Below are positions 49,601-62,589 of a stretch of 64,000 nucleotides of DNA, one piece after another. The translations under genes were made by a program, and so were the position numbers. The DNA is from Marsupella aquatica (taxonomy: Eukaryota > Plantae > Marchantiophyta): assembly GCA_973895155.1 (NCBI GenBank), contig OZ316898.1, positions 20,595,292 to 20,659,291 on the forward strand. The letters run 5' to 3'. The notes under the pieces are model-generated. The model saw only the letters and a list, made by a program, of their open reading frames with translations, was not told where the DNA came from and did no database searches. Every line of letters starts with the position of its first letter. Position 1 is the first letter of the stretch.

Positions 49601-49897
49601 GCGATTTGGTTGGATAGACTTATCACTGAAATGGGATTGCCACAGGGGAATGTGAAGCTCCATTGTGATAGTCAAAGTGCGCTCCACCTTGCTGTGAACC
49701 AGGTGATGGACAGCAAAGTGAAGCACATTGACGTCAGGTACTATTTTATCAGGCAGACTGTGTCTGATAATTTGTTTGAGCTAGTCAAGATTGATGGTAA
49801 ACTCAACCCGGCTGACGCATTTACCAAAATGATTCCTTTGGAGAGTTTCTCTAGACACCGTGACGTATTGCAGGTTTTGCAATTGCATCACAAGTAG
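46625..49897 (+). CDS. Copia pol (protease, integrase, RT, RNase H), open and in the same frame as gag
   Basis: WILDCACSFH, LWHSRLGH, HSDVWGP, RSDNGGEY, QQNGVAER, KARLVAKGF, LYVDDML, YVDSDY, STTEAEY, KHIDVRY. Confidence 0.95.
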   Translation, partial: SRRYTLCTSSRRADDVWILDCACSFHICYIREFFSSYSVSNGSVLMGNDHSCQIEGIGSVKIQMFDGAVRTVSGVRYVPGMRKNLISLGVLDSNGHQWSVIDGELQVRSGETVILKGSRQKNLYVLQGNTVCGEANVTKSHEEMTQLWHSRLGHMSEKGLAILRKNGLISDLQSCKLEFCEHCILGKQHRRAFGVGTHRSKAVLEYIHSDVWGPSPTPSHSGKLYYVSFIDDYSRFVWIYFMTHKSDVLSIFKKWKAQVENQTGNTIKCLDTRVKSLRSDNGGEYTSMEFEEYCSEQGITRHLTTVYTPQQNGVAERLNRTLLERSRSMLSQSGLPQEFWAEAVNTAAYLVNLSPSSAINFKTPFEMRYKRQADYHGLVIFGSDAYALTPKQNRTKLDPTSRKCVFLGYQSGVKAYRLWDPIACKLVVSRDVSFNESRLLKEGENTQVSRTDKGKSPIPDLVEGEIGYEVHDRREGVAPIMELVPVPEEPEEFVDAGEQQVDAVELQIVPAHTDQPESSARRTSGRTVRAPSRYGQWVDSSQLQEDDFTADDEGDALILEEGEPSSFHEASASKEKQKWTAVMQTEMQSLKDNKTWELVKLPKGQQVVDSKWIYKLKDNSIGGGSKVYKARLVAKGFTQEKGVDYNEVFSPVAKYSTIQLLCVLVVMFGLLLDQMDVVTAFLYGTLEEVIFMRQPLGFVKRGQKELVCRLLKSLYGLKQSPRQWNKRFDDWIRSQGFHRSVFDPCVYLKPVKNVVFGFIVLVLYVDDMLIAAKDRSEIVKLKALLSAEFKMKDLGPAKRILGMKITRDLEAGKLWLTQSSYARKVIARFNMENSKPVSTPLAPHFKLSSAFCPTDDTEKGLMSKVPYDKAVGSLMYLMTCTRPDLAMAMGKVSRYMSNPGKVHWEAVKWIIRYLKGTVDHGLLFDANAKNARSLIGYVDSDYGQDLDRRRSTIGYVFTLGGGCISWRSTLQKCIAQSTTEAEYVAAAEAAKEAIWLDRLITEMGLPQGNVKLHCDSQSALHLAVNQVMDSKVKHIDVRYYFIRQTVSDNLFELVKIDGKLNPADAFTKMIPLESFSRHRDVLQVLQLHHK

Positions 49898-50088
49898 AGT
49901 TTTCTTAAACATTCATTGTAATTACTGATATATGCTCTTCCTCATTCCTATGTATTAGGCTACGGCTTAGTTCTGGTTTGCTCTAGTTAGAGAGGGAAAC
50001 CGGTTTGGTTTCTGTCCAGAACTTCCCGCTGAGGGATCATATACATTGGCAGTATTACTCTCCCCTAGACCAGAGTCAAGGGGAAGAT

Positions 50089-50527
50089 TGTTGGGTATTT
50101 ACTCTTACGTCTAGGTTAGGTATGACGTGGTTGGTACAACTACGTGGTTAGGTACAACTACGTGATTAGGTACAACTATGTGGTTAGGTACAACTACGTG
50201 ATTAGGTACAACTATGTGGTTAGGTACAACTACGTGATTAGGTACAACTATGTGGTTAGGTACAACTAAGTTGCACACTATATCATAAGAGGCATGTGTG
50301 CTTGGAGAGGTAGAACCAAGGCTCATTGTTATGGAGCCACTTGAGAGATAGGGAGAGCTTACACTGTGGAGACTCGGTATAGCCGACGGGCTTAGAGTTC
50401 AGTAAAGCTCTCTTGTGTGTTCCCGTGGACGTAGCCTCAAGGAGGTGAACCACGTATCTCTTGTGTCGACTATTGTGCGTTGGATGGTTCATGGGCTTGC
50501 CGTTGCGATCGTCGTCTATGCTCAACA
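50089..50527 (+). repeat. Copia 3' LTR
   Basis: Matches the 5' LTR. Preceded by the PPT AGAGTCAAGGGGAAGA. Confidence 0.95.
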
Positions 50528-50532
50528 TATGG

Positions 50533-51298
50533 GTGCTGAACTGTCAGTGGTGCCTGGGCCAGGGATGGGTTGCACGTGACCAACCGGTTGAGAAGGACCA
50601 GCAGAGGCAGTGGACTTGCCTTTGATGTTGGCAAGTTGGGCACGTAATGACTCAACCTCATGAGTCAGAGACTGGAGTTGAGTTGCCTGTGCGTTGTGAG
50701 CCTCCTTCTGAGCTGGTGGCTTTTGTTGCTGCTTAGGCAATTTGTTGGCACTGGTTGCTTTGCCACTGGAAGGAGGAGCAACCGATGCAGTAGGAGCCCT
50801 CCTAGCTGGTGGGGGAGTGGAAACAGGAGCAGGATGAGTGGCTTGTTGTCATAGCTGCTTCCTCTCTGGGAATTTGGCAAAACAAACTGCCTCCAAGTGG
50901 CCCACTTTCCCACAAAAATCACAAGACAGGTCCTCAGCAACAATATCACATTCATTAGCCTTGTGATTAGGATTGCCACAGTAGTTGCAAGATGGCAGCA
51001 TGAAAGCAGCATGTGCTGGTTTGGTCTTGGAAGCATACTGTGGCACACGGGAAGGGGTGGCCATTGTAGGAGCAGCAGCCTGGTACCTGGATCGCGGTGG
51101 ACGCGCAATATTGGCCTCATAATGTGCATGGGCCAACTCAAGTTTCTCAGCAGTATCATAGACATTGAGCAGGGTGTAGTTGTCTCCAAACTCTGAGAAT
51201 ACTTGCTGCAACACTTGCGAATGGAGAGCTGGTGTGCCCTCCAATGCGCGAAGATAGCGATGAGCAGCTTCCAGGTCAGTGATGCTTTGGGTGTCCTC
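50533..51298 (-). pseudogene. Gypsy gag fragment with two CCHC zinc knuckles
   Basis: CNYCGNPNHKANEC and CDFCGKVGHLEAVC. Bounded by the Copia TSD on one side and the CACTA terminus on the other. Confidence 0.8.
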
Positions 51299-52245
51299 CA
51301 CTAGAAGGAAATGATGTTTTTATTACTGAAAAAATGACTAGCTTATGAGTGGTTTGGGACAATTTACAACTCATTCATTTGAGTTCACAAAGGCAAGTCG
51401 CTTTGGTATAGTAGTCCTTTTGGACATAGAGTTGTTTTTATCAACAACTGCAAATTGCAGGTTGTTTATGACACCGTCCATTGGGAGACTGACGGTCTTA
51501 AATAACTCAAAATCTTAGTTGAATTGTGTTTCGTTAAAAAGAACTGATGGTCTTAAATAACTTAAAATCAGAGTTGAATTGTGTTATGACTCATCAAATA
51601 AGGAAACGACATGTGTCTAAAGCCATCAAATAGCATTTAGACACGTGGAAGGTCTGAGCCACACAAACCAAATTACAAGTGGACACGTGTCTCCTTTATA
51701 TCATCCCAGCAGCCAACAGGTGACACTTTGATAGCTTAATTCCTAGTAGGGTACACGTGGAGATAATTGTAGTTATTTAGGACATGTTTATAATGACTAC
51801 TATCGGAGTGATTTTGTTGATGTCTTATATTACCAATATTTGAGTCTTTTCTGCTCAGTCATTTATGACTTCATGGAAGTTATTTAGTTAGTCCTTTGTG
51901 TCATTTCATAATTGGACCAATTCTCCCAATTGGTCCTATTTCCAATCATCCTGACAAATTGTCTAGCTAGAAAGACATGTCTTAGAAATCAACTGCAAGA
52001 GGATATATACATTGCAAATATACACAAAAAGCCATTGAATGAATATAAAATTCTGCATAGAGACTGTAGACTTCATTTCACCTCCAATGTACAGGTGATC
52101 GACTGTTCAGAATCACAGTAAAGTATTTCCTGGATGAACTAATCACAAAACAAGTCTATTGGCCAACTCAGCTTGTGCATCAAAACTACTCGAGCTTGAA
52201 CCAAAGAGCTCAAGTCACTACATTCTATCAAAAAACAACTCCTTG

Positions 52246-55200
52246 CTACTTCCTCATCAACTTCTGGTACCACAAGAAATGTTTGTCGCCCACATCCTTC
52301 AGAAATTTGACCTGAGAGTTTGGATGCTCTTTCTCAAGTAGAGGTGCATCCTGTTCAAACACCTCATTTGCAATCACGATCAAATGTCCTGGTGGAATTT
52401 CATTGCCATTGTAAAAATCTTGCCCCCAGACTCCCTGCACTGTTGCAAGAGCAACAACCCGAGAGTCCACTGGGGACTTCAATTTCACCACGTCCCCAAT
52501 CTTGAACTGCCAGCAGTAAATCAATATATTACGGCTAATTTAATGAGAGACCATATTTTTAATCTGTGGTGCCAATGAACCCTTGGCTTGCAACAATACT
52601 GATGCGCGCCATTTCAAGGGATGTAATCACTGCTAAGTGAATCATGCATAATGCAGGATAGTGAACAGATGCAAAATGATAGTAATTAATTTAGAAAAGG
52701 AGAAATCTATGAAGATTGTCACCTTCAACACAGTTGGTGAAGACGCTGACTTCAGAACATCCGTACTTAGAGGTCTTGAAGGGGTTGGGTGTTCTGAGAT
52801 TGTTTCATTGCCCTCTTCAAGAGCCTGCATGATTCCCACCTTTGGCATCTGATCAAGTGAAAAATTAGACAAACTTAGACTGAGAGCATAGAGTCAGGTG
52901 TGCATATATATTGGACTGAAAAAAATTCTACATACTGTGCATATTCCACTCGAACATCCACCATCCACGTACAAGACATAGAGCTAATTTGTAAGAACAC
53001 AAGCCTGAGAAAACTTTGAATGTACACAATTCCTGAGCCCCTGCGCTAAGCACCTTGTCACAAAGTTTGCATCTATACTATGAGATAGTTGAGTGCAGCA
53101 CACAAACCTTACCTTTCCTTTAGGTTTTCGGCCCTTGCCTGTCTTAGGAGTTAGTTGAGGTGAACTGGAGATAAGGACCTTTCTGGGATCATCTAAGACC
53201 TCCTGCTTTACAGTCACAGAGTGACTATACTCCGCATCGTCCATCAGGTCTTTCTGCTCCGCACCTTCCTCACCGACATGGACATATATTATTCAATTTT
53301 TCAGATGATCGAAATGCTTTTACAAATCATTTGCATTACAATGATTTTACAAAATTAAGCTCTTAATTTTCGATCACCCAGAGCAAATGGTCATGACCTA
53401 GCTTAGAGTACAAATTAGACAGACATACCCTCTTTGGACAGATCCACAAAATTCAACTTCATTGCAGAACTCTTTGGTGCTGAAGTGCCCGATGCAGCCT
53501 TAATTGTGGAAGTGGGTAGGCTTGACGTACCAAGTGCTCCAGGTCCACCACCCCCCTCTTGGGAAGCTTCAATATTGATACCTACCCCTCCTACATGAGA
53601 TGTCTCCTTCTGATGCAAAACACTCATATGTTGCTGGTAATTTCCCAAGCTCTCTGCAATTGTCTTAGCCACCAGTGCCAACCCAGCAGCTAAAGTAGTA
53701 TTGATAGAACTGGTTATTTTCTCACAAATCACTTCATCATTTCGCTCAACTACAAGGTTGGATACAGGTGTCTGGAAAACCACAGTGAGTAAAAAAATTA
53801 GCCATATACAGCCACTTTGTGTCCTCTTAAAATATTACCCGAGACAGGTGTACTTACAATATGGAAAGGAAGAGAAAGAAACTCACGATTGAGTTCCTCC
53901 CTAGCTGGTGAGCAGGTGTACCAAGGATGGACTTAGTACTTGCCAAGGATGGGCTTACATCTGACCTCCAACCCAAACCATTTGCTTTGTCATCAAAAGG
54001 ATTAGGTCGAAGGTCTGATAGACCTGGGCTATGACCTCTCTGCCTCTTCTGAAAAAGGCAGGAACAACTATCAGCACAATAATGCAATCAAACATTTATC
54101 AGCACACTCAGAGAATGTATGGCACAAACTGAAAGATGATCATGTCATAAGGGTTAGCACACTCACATAAATTGCCTCCCTCCCACGATAGCCACCTCGT
54201 CCAACTTTAGATGGATTCTTCACTTCTGCTCTCGCTCTAGTCATTTTCTGAATGTTGGTTAGTCCTTCTGGGGACAACCACCACTCACAAAGTGTTTTCC
54301 ATTGCTCAGGCTTGACATTTTCAGGAGGCTTCTTGTCCAAGCGCTTCCCAATCGCTTGAAAATGCTTGTGAAGTTTTGCACGTTGAGCCTTCATTATTTT
54401 TGACAAGTGGGACCTGAACTTCTTCTCAGACAAAGTCCCCCTACATACTGCCAATTAGTAGCCATCACATCATACAAATGGATAATAATGTCCTTGTCTT
54501 GCTTAGCAATGTTACACACGGAAGGGTCGAGTCTGCCAACACAAGCTGCACGAAGGTCGTCTGCCCAACGTCCCCGGAACTGGTCACTTGCATCAATATC
54601 GTCATTCCAAATCTGCACACGAGACATCATTGTCGATTGTGATTGATTCAAACTAACCGATGCTGTCAGTAGGATAAAGGTCGGGGCTGTTTCCAACTTC
54701 TATTTAAAAATTGGCAAGCATCCTATTTTGATCCTATGTTGATCTGCTAGAAGAGTTTGAATTAAAGTTGGCATGATACCTGAATACTTGCTTTCATCAT
54801 GCCCATTTTACTTCGCTCAGCTGTGTGATCCACCCAATGTTTCTTTGCAGCTCGAGACATCTGCCGCATAATTGACTGTTGGGACGGTCCACTTGCACTG
54901 GCCATCATAGCACTTCCCTGAGGGATAGGGGTCACTACAATATCAAAGATTTACATCTTAGTTCAGACTTAGAATTTGCCACCAATATACTTGAACCCTG
55001 ACTTGAACTTGGCATTAAGCCTTGCAACGTACATTGACAAGTAATTAACAGCCATGGTCATCCCATCATATTTTACATTCAATCACAATCATAGGCTGTG
55101 TCATATTCAAATTCATACATAGCTAATGTAAAGAAGCTAGTATAGGTGGAAACTTACGCAAGCTGACAACTCCCGTGACGGGATCTTTATAATACTTAGC

Positions 55201-55646
55201 AGAGGTGTGTGAGACAGCCTGAAACAATATACAGTCAACAATCAGTACATTTACTAAATATCTTCAATATTCTTATAAGTTGCGGACATATTTCATATAT
55301 TAGTAAGATATAGCACCATAATTGGTGTCCTTCACAGCACAGCAAAAAAATGAAAAATTAATTAGACACGTACCCCTGCGCGTTGTTTGTCCCCAATGGT
55401 TATCTCGTCGTCACAATTCCCCCAGTCGGCGCCTCCCTCATTCTCAGAGTCACTGTAAGGTGTACCTTCTGACCGCTCACTGCCCTCAATATCTGAGCCG
55501 TTGTCTGCCATAGTTGGTATGTTCATCGCTTGCTGCCTTGCACTCTTCCTTGTTGGTAGAGAAGGTACCTGCAATTGCGCTGGTTTCTTTCTATAAACAC
55601 GTTTTGTTTTGCTTCTTCCCACACCTTCTGAACTGCCTTTCATCAA
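52246..55646 (-). CDS. TnpA-like (Ptta/En/Spm) multi-exon gene of CACTA-2; frameshift near 54440
   Basis: Exonic ORFs include KKPPENVKPEQWKTLCEWWLSPE...NPSKVGRGGY and a C-terminal VVALATVQG...EIPPGHLIV...DAPLL...FLW domain. Exon boundaries are not fully resolved. Confidence 0.65.
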
Positions 55647-56010
55647 CCCAAACTAATGTTAATTAATGTCATTCATGCAAATTTTCAAAGGCCACATTAT
55701 TTAACAATGCCAATAGCAATTCCCAGGCCACTGGACGCATTCAAATTCTACTCTAATGTTAATCATATAAAGATTGACATAAGGTGGACTACCAAAGTTG
55801 GGAGGGACTATATATTCAAGACCTGTTCAAATCTGCCGCAGATTTTCCAATCACAGCTGCAATGAAGGCGTTGTTTGCTTTTATGTTCCTCAATCTCTCC
55901 AACTCATAGGCCGTGAGTTCAGCATTTGACTCTTCTGGGGACTCATCAGCCGAATCCAAGACCGAATCACTTGAGTTCTGCATCCACACACTACCAACAT
56001 AGCCACACGG

Positions 56011-59000
56011 TTACTCTTCCTCAGAATCTTCCTCATCTTCCCAAACATCATCCTGTATTATCTCTTCAACTGATTCATCTGTCACCCTTGCAACTGTTTG
56101 CTGAGCGACTAAGCTCTCTCCTTCCTCCAATGGCACAGCTCGGTTAGCAGCTGCAACAAGCTCCGCTTCAACTACCTCGTGATGGTCTACAAGATCATTG
56201 TATTCAACATCATAGATACCCTCAACAACTCTACGAGACCTTCCCTCCTTATGAAGGACATGCCTCCATGAGGTTCTAGCCTCGTTAGGATAGAAGAAAA
56301 CTTGCTCAACTTGACCAGGCAAGACATAGTCTAACTTCTCGGCTGCAGGATAAGGCATGTTAAAGTTGGCCAGCCAGAGACCAGTTTCATCATGTTTCAT
56401 AGATGGACCAGTATTGTCTGGTCCCCACTTTGACCGGACCCATTTTGCCTTGAGGATAATGGCTGGTTCTAAACGCAATAGTGGTCCATAGTCAAGTTTA
56501 AGAATCTGGGTGAGAACCCCAACGTAGGTTTGCTTAGCCAAAGCAACTCCTGACTGATCCCTTCTCTGCTCGTGGAAAGTGGTGGCCAACCCACTGTCAA
56601 ATGTAGCGTACCCTTGACAATCTGTGTCCCTAAGATGGGATAGCTCACGCCAACTACCATCCCTTCCTTTACAGCGCATTACCCTGTAATGATTTCCATA
56701 AGCCTTCATTGAAGTATACGTCAAACCATGTTGGCTTGGGGGAAAGGAAATAGCCGTCAACAACAACTTGTTTTCATCATCATCAAGGTTAGCTTCGGAA
56801 ATCTCATTCCTAAACCAAACCCCAAAGGGAATTCCCTCCAATTCTTGAGGATAAGTTGCTGCTCTACGCCTGTGTGGAGGCCGTGTCTGGTTATTTTGTT
56901 GGACAAAAGCTTCCCTCTGTCTTCTTCTCTCTTCCTCTGCATTCTCATAGAGCCTGCAAACCAATCCAAAAACGTACAATATCAACCACTAATTACAATA
57001 TCTGAATAATTATCAGCAAGTTACAAAGTGTGTCATAAATAATAGTTGCACAAGTAACAATTTACCTCAACCATGGTGTTACCAACAAATTATTCTGTAG
57101 GTAGTATGTATGAGCAGCATCTCGATCTACCACAGTCAGAGTGACTTTGCATGAGGCCCCTTCCAACACCACCCCTTTAACTCCTTCCTCCTCTTCAGCA
57201 TCCCAAACACGCCTCCTTGTAGATTGGCAGTCTACCATATACTCTGTCACAAATCCTAAAGCCTCTTCGAGAATGTATCCTTCTGCCATTGATGCCTCTG
57301 GTCGTGCCTTGTTCCGTACAAAACCCTTCAGATTCTTGAGGTATCGCTCAACTGGATACATCCATCTTTGTGATACAGGCCCACAAATGTCCAACTCTTC
57401 CACTATATGCACCATGAGATGAGTCATAACATCAAAAAAGGACGAAGGGAAATGCATTTCCAAAGCACAGAGTGTTTGTGCTACATCTTTCATCAACGCA
57501 TCCTTTGTTGTAGGGTCCCAAACTTTACAGCAAATCTTACGCCAAACTCTGCACACACTCACAATGGCCAATCGGGGTCCCTTGTCCATCAAATTCCTCA
57601 ATGCCAATGGAAGGATCTGCTGCATTAGGCAATGATAATCGTGAGATTTCATACCTGCCAGCTTATTGCTAGGCCGCACACACTTAGCTAATGAGCTGCC
57701 AAAGTCTGTGGGAACTTTCAAACACTTCAAGGTTCCCAGAAATTGTGTGAGCTCTGATTTGCTCATGACATATGGTGCCTTGGGTTTCACAAAGTGATCT
57801 TTTTTCTGGTTTGGATGAGGCTTCATCCACAATTGCTCATGAACACCTTCAGCTTGCATATCATTCCGGACAGCAGCAGTGTCCTTCTTCCCAGAAGTTG
57901 TGTGGATAAGATTATGCGCAATGTTTTTCTCCGTGTGCATTGGATCAAGGACATGATTGATCAGAAGTTTCTGCGCGCCAGATATAATAGAACATGAGTA
58001 ACAAGTTATAAACATGAGAGCAAAGTCTTGACCAGTCATTTCTTGTGGCCAAATAGATTCATCTACCTTCGAAATGCATAGGCGACGGATACAAAGAAAA
58101 ATAAACTGACTCTGGCCATTGTGGCTCCCCTGCCATAATAAAAAAACAACGATTGGTAGTGGGCTCTTCCCAAAATTTTCCCGTCCCAATAGCAGTGGCC
58201 AGAGTCGACTAATTTAGAATACAATTTAGAATACTAATGAAGAAACAGTTCTGTTAGTAACAAAATTGTAGGGTTTTGAGCAAACTCTATGGGTTTTTAA
58301 AGTTATCTTAGTCTTTCCAAGGAAGTGAAGTGGACAGGTAGCGATAGCAGATTGAGGCAACATGACCCGTAAGATAAGCGACTCTACATCGTGGTTCCTG
58401 GCCTTGGACGGCACCACAAGAAATAGAAAGGGCACTATGATGACCAGGAAAGGAGGAACCATACGACAGGCCCTTACTGCTTATCAGAATGAATTAGATT
58501 TTAATTTAGATTCTAAAGTTTTGCAGGCAGCCCTTCAAACGGTTGTAGGTAGCATCGAGAACTACTACAAAGCATTATTAATCATATCTCGCTAGTTCAA
58601 ACATTAATTTACGCATACTACAATCTTAAAACAAAACAATATATTCTAATCGTTTGATTCATTCATTTGCACATGCCTACACAAAAACAAATACTAAAAA
58701 CCCAAAAAGTACCAGGTCATCAAAGCAGGGGTAAGAGACCCTTGGAGAACTAACTGAAGAGCCGACTAGGCAAAGACCCAATTCTACAGATGCCTGTCCT
58801 CGCAGCCCCCACAATCAATCCAAGAGCCAGACTGCCTGCCAGCTAAGAGATTGCCAAACATCTATGCGACTTAGCACATTACACACTGTAATTAAACACT
58901 GTGGGCCTGTTCCCTCACAAAGACCAAGAATGTGCTCGAGCAAAACTGATGAATAGCTGTTCAATTCAAACTTCCACACGAAAGAGTCTTGTAGATAACT

Positions 59001-60858
59001 AGTTTAAATAAGAGAGATAAGAAAAGGTAAAGTGATAACTCACAGTCCAATATGGCAGCACGGCAAGACCCTGTTTCCTCTTGACTCCATGGAGCTTTGA
59101 TGGGCAGTGCTTGCTTCCTTGCTTGGCCCCTTCTTTTTTCAGAAACTCTTCAACTTCAGCAGCATAAGCCAGCTTTAGCTCGCATGTCATCCTGGGGGGA
59201 GGGCCTCGTGACTCTATCTTTCCATCAAACTTTGCAGCATAGTCAGGAGTACGATACTTGTGATTGGCCTCCAGCCATCTACGGCTTCCAGGGAACACAT
59301 TTTTTGATAGAGACTGGGACCTTCTACAAGTGACATTGGGTCCACACACTACACAACCATGGTATCCTTTGGTCACTTGACCAGAAATGAGGCCCAAAGC
59401 TGGATAGTCATTCACTGTCCATAATAGAATGGCCCTCAGTGTAAACCACTTTTGTTTACCCGACCTATCTAGTGCATCAAAGCACTTGACTCCTTTCCAG
59501 AGCTCTGAAAGCTCTTCTATTAGTGGGGCCATGTAGATATCTATGTTACGATCAGTTACAGATTCAGGTCCAGGAATCAGTAAAGACAGCATAATAAAAA
59601 ACTTCTTAGTAGACAACCAGGGAGGTAAATTGTAATTTAATAACATTACGGGCCATGTGGAATGCTTTAGATTGTTCTCACCAAACGGGTTTACACCATC
59701 CAAGGCTAATCCAAGATGAACATTCCGTGGCTCACTCTCAAAAGTATCATCTATATTAGCTTCAATTTCTGCCCAAGCCCTTGAATCTGCTACGTGACGG
59801 ACCTTTCCATCCTTGCTCTTATTGTCTGCATGCCAGGTCATGAGCTCCGAAATGGCTTTACATCTATACATGCGTCTCAGTCTTGGTATGAGGGGAAAGT
59901 GACGGAGAACTTTGACTGCCTGCTTTGACTGCCCAACCTGCTTGTACCTAGGTTTTTTGCAGGTTGGACAGTGATCGCACTCTAATAAATCCTTTCTGAA
60001 CAAAACACACCCATCCTCACAAGCATGGATTTTGACATAATCTAATCCAAGATGACCAATGAGCTTCTTACATGCGTACAGATTCTTAGGAAGCAAATGC
60101 TTTGATGGCATAGTGTGTTTTGCCATCAAGGAAAGAAGCTCATCAACACCTGAGTTAGTAAACCCGTTGTTATGGCAGGTGTTCAGAAAGGTCAATACAA
60201 AGGACAGCTGGGAAGTATTGCACCCCTCATATAGAGGCGCACATGCCTCTGTAAAGGCATTCATCATTCTTTCTTCTGACTCTTGATCCCAACACTCCTC
60301 TCGACTAGTCTGCTCCTGAGGTGTGGAAGTTGTGGACTCCAAGAGCTCATCCATATTAAACATCTCTTCCCCACTTCTCTCTGGATTTTCCCTCGAAGGA
60401 CTTTCATCTACAGGATCACTTGGATGGTTTTCCACTGGCAATGCCAAATCCTCCAACAACCGGGGAATTTCCATATCACAGGTTACATCAATGACAGACC
60501 CTCCTATAGCTCCAGTATCTATATTGCTACCCTCTGATGGAGGATTGACCTCGCATAAGTGTTCATTCCACTCCTCATCTGATGTGTCACATTCATCTCC
60601 CCACCAATGTCGCTGAGATGGATGTCGGGAGTACAGTAACAGGTGCTTCTTGACTGTGTGAACACTCACACGGTTACCCCTACAGTTGCAAATGGTGCAA
60701 GGGCACTTTATCTTCCCTATACTTGCAGACCTACAAGCAGCAAGTTGTCGACGCCATAATTTGTCATCCCTAATATGCAACTGAAGATCACTCCTTCGGA
60801 AGTCTCTGAATAGCCGAGACTGTCCAAAGCCTACACGATTGGCACTCATCTTTGCCAA
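56011..60858 (-). CDS. TnpD-like CACTA transposase, spliced, apparently intact
   Basis: Exons about 59044-60849 (CPCTIC, RNVHLGLALDGVNPF, WTVNDYPALG), about 57066-57970 (DPMHTEKN, MKSHDYH, RWMYPVERY) and about 56011-56953 (DUF4216-like YVLPGQVEQVFF). Confidence 0.88.
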
Positions 60859-62589
60859 TAAACTTAAAAGACTCTCACCTTACCGGACCACAATGACATG
60901 CAGTACAACACACCTCAAAGTTGAATCAGCGCGACGAAGCTACTGAATTTTTGCTTCAATTTGATCACGTAAGTGGGACTGCACATTGCCAAGCTCAAAT
61001 TTGAACATAGTGTTTCATTCCCTCTCATCATTTTCGCTGTATATGGAGAGTAGCACGTACTCACGATTATATTCATTGTCACATTCTCACTTCATGCTAA
61101 CCTTCTCGTGTAACTGGCAGTGATTGAACCACTTCTAGGAGATGATACAGAATTTAAATCCATGGCATCACATGCAATAAAAAGAAACCAAAGGCGTTGA
61201 TACCTACTGAGTCGAGGAGAATCTTGAAGTCTTCAAACCAAGGAGCTTGCATCGTAAACCCCTCACACCTTCAAGGTCACGGACAGACAGCATGAAATGA
61301 CATCCATCAGCCATGGTCCAAAGCAGTACTACTCCATCTAACTCTGCTTCGAGTCCAGGATGACAGACTTACACGCGAATAGACCACAACAAGAAGTTAA
61401 AGAAACTTGACACGCATTGACCAGGCGCGACAACAGAAGTTAACAGGGTTGCGATTGCGAGGGCGGTGAAGTTAACAGGGTTGCGACTAAAAACCTGAGC
61501 AATGAATAAGTTGTTGCTCCTGCAGTCTTGCTGCAAGTCACTGATTCGTCTGCTGACTCTACTTCAGCACCACAACAATTCAAATAGATGGCAACCTCGA
61601 TTTCCTTTCTTGCTGAGGTCCTGGAAATCACCGAGTTTACAACTTCCAAAGCGGGCGGTATGATCACCTTGTCTGTCCCACTCCAAACTTCGATTCTATC
61701 ATGCAAATCCGTCCAACATTTGAAGAATGAGTTCACCAACGATTAAGCCAAGACGTGAGGCGGTTCAGGGTGAGACTTGCGACGGGCACTGCAGATCAAA
61801 CTAAGAATGCGAGAATGAGCCTAAGGCAAAGAGTCGAGAAACCGAAACCAACATGATGCGAACAAATGTAAAGACTCTGTGCCGCGCGGAGCCGGGCGGG
61901 AGTAGGGATCTTTCTGCAGAGTGGGACCCGCCCTCCCAATAAATCAACTTCTCATTTAATTACCATTGACATTACCCTAAGACAACAATATTAGTGGAGG
62001 TCCTTCACTCTTACCTCAAATTCATAATAAATTCCCTCTATATCCTAAGATATTTATTCACTAGAAAGTGAACCCCTACTCCTTAAGTAGTCCCCTACAA
62101 AGTCTACAACTAAACTCCACTCTCAAAATTAACCCTTTGAGTGTTTTACATAACTCATTTCCAAAGCTTCTTCCAAAGTCAAAAGGGCCATCTATCATGT
62201 AATAATTTGATGTCAATTAACCATACCCATACCCATTTTGGCCAAACTACTGGCAACATCTTAGCTAGAAAAGTGTGACAAAGCTAACACTCTTTTGTTG
62301 GATATTATAGCCAGATTCAAAAATGGAAAGTATAGGGTGAAGATGGTACAATATTAAATGCACTACCTTTCTGGCCGGTCAGACGATAGTCCAAATTGAC
62401 CTGTGGATCAAGTATGTTAGAACGCAAGCTACCTCTCTTTTCGTCCACCCCTTTTTGTAAAGTGCCCCGGTCTTAAGAAAGGGTCAGATAGATTAAAATA
62501 ATTAGTATTGACTAGGTACTGAATTTTAGCCTGGCCTGGGGATTCTGAAATTTACGGTCAAACACCATTCAGCACCCACCAGTCTCAAA

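Larger units (their letters stand above)
43996..50527 (+). mobile_element. Full-length Ty1/Copia LTR retrotransposon, very recent insertion
   Basis: TG...CA LTRs at 43996-44434 and 50089-50527 (439 bp, identical by inspection). TSD TATGG at 43991-43995 and 50528-50532. PBS and PPT present. Order gag-PR-IN-RT-RH. Confidence 0.97.
37975..51298 (-). mobile_element. Ty3/Gypsy LTR retrotransposon encoding gag-PR-DNMT-RT-RH-IN-PHD (decayed; 5' part displaced by CACTA-2)
   Basis: Gypsy domain order on the minus strand. 3' LTR at 37975-38149, with a G-run PPT at 38151-38158. Interrupted by Copia (43996-50527) and CACTA-2 (from 51299). Confidence 0.9.
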
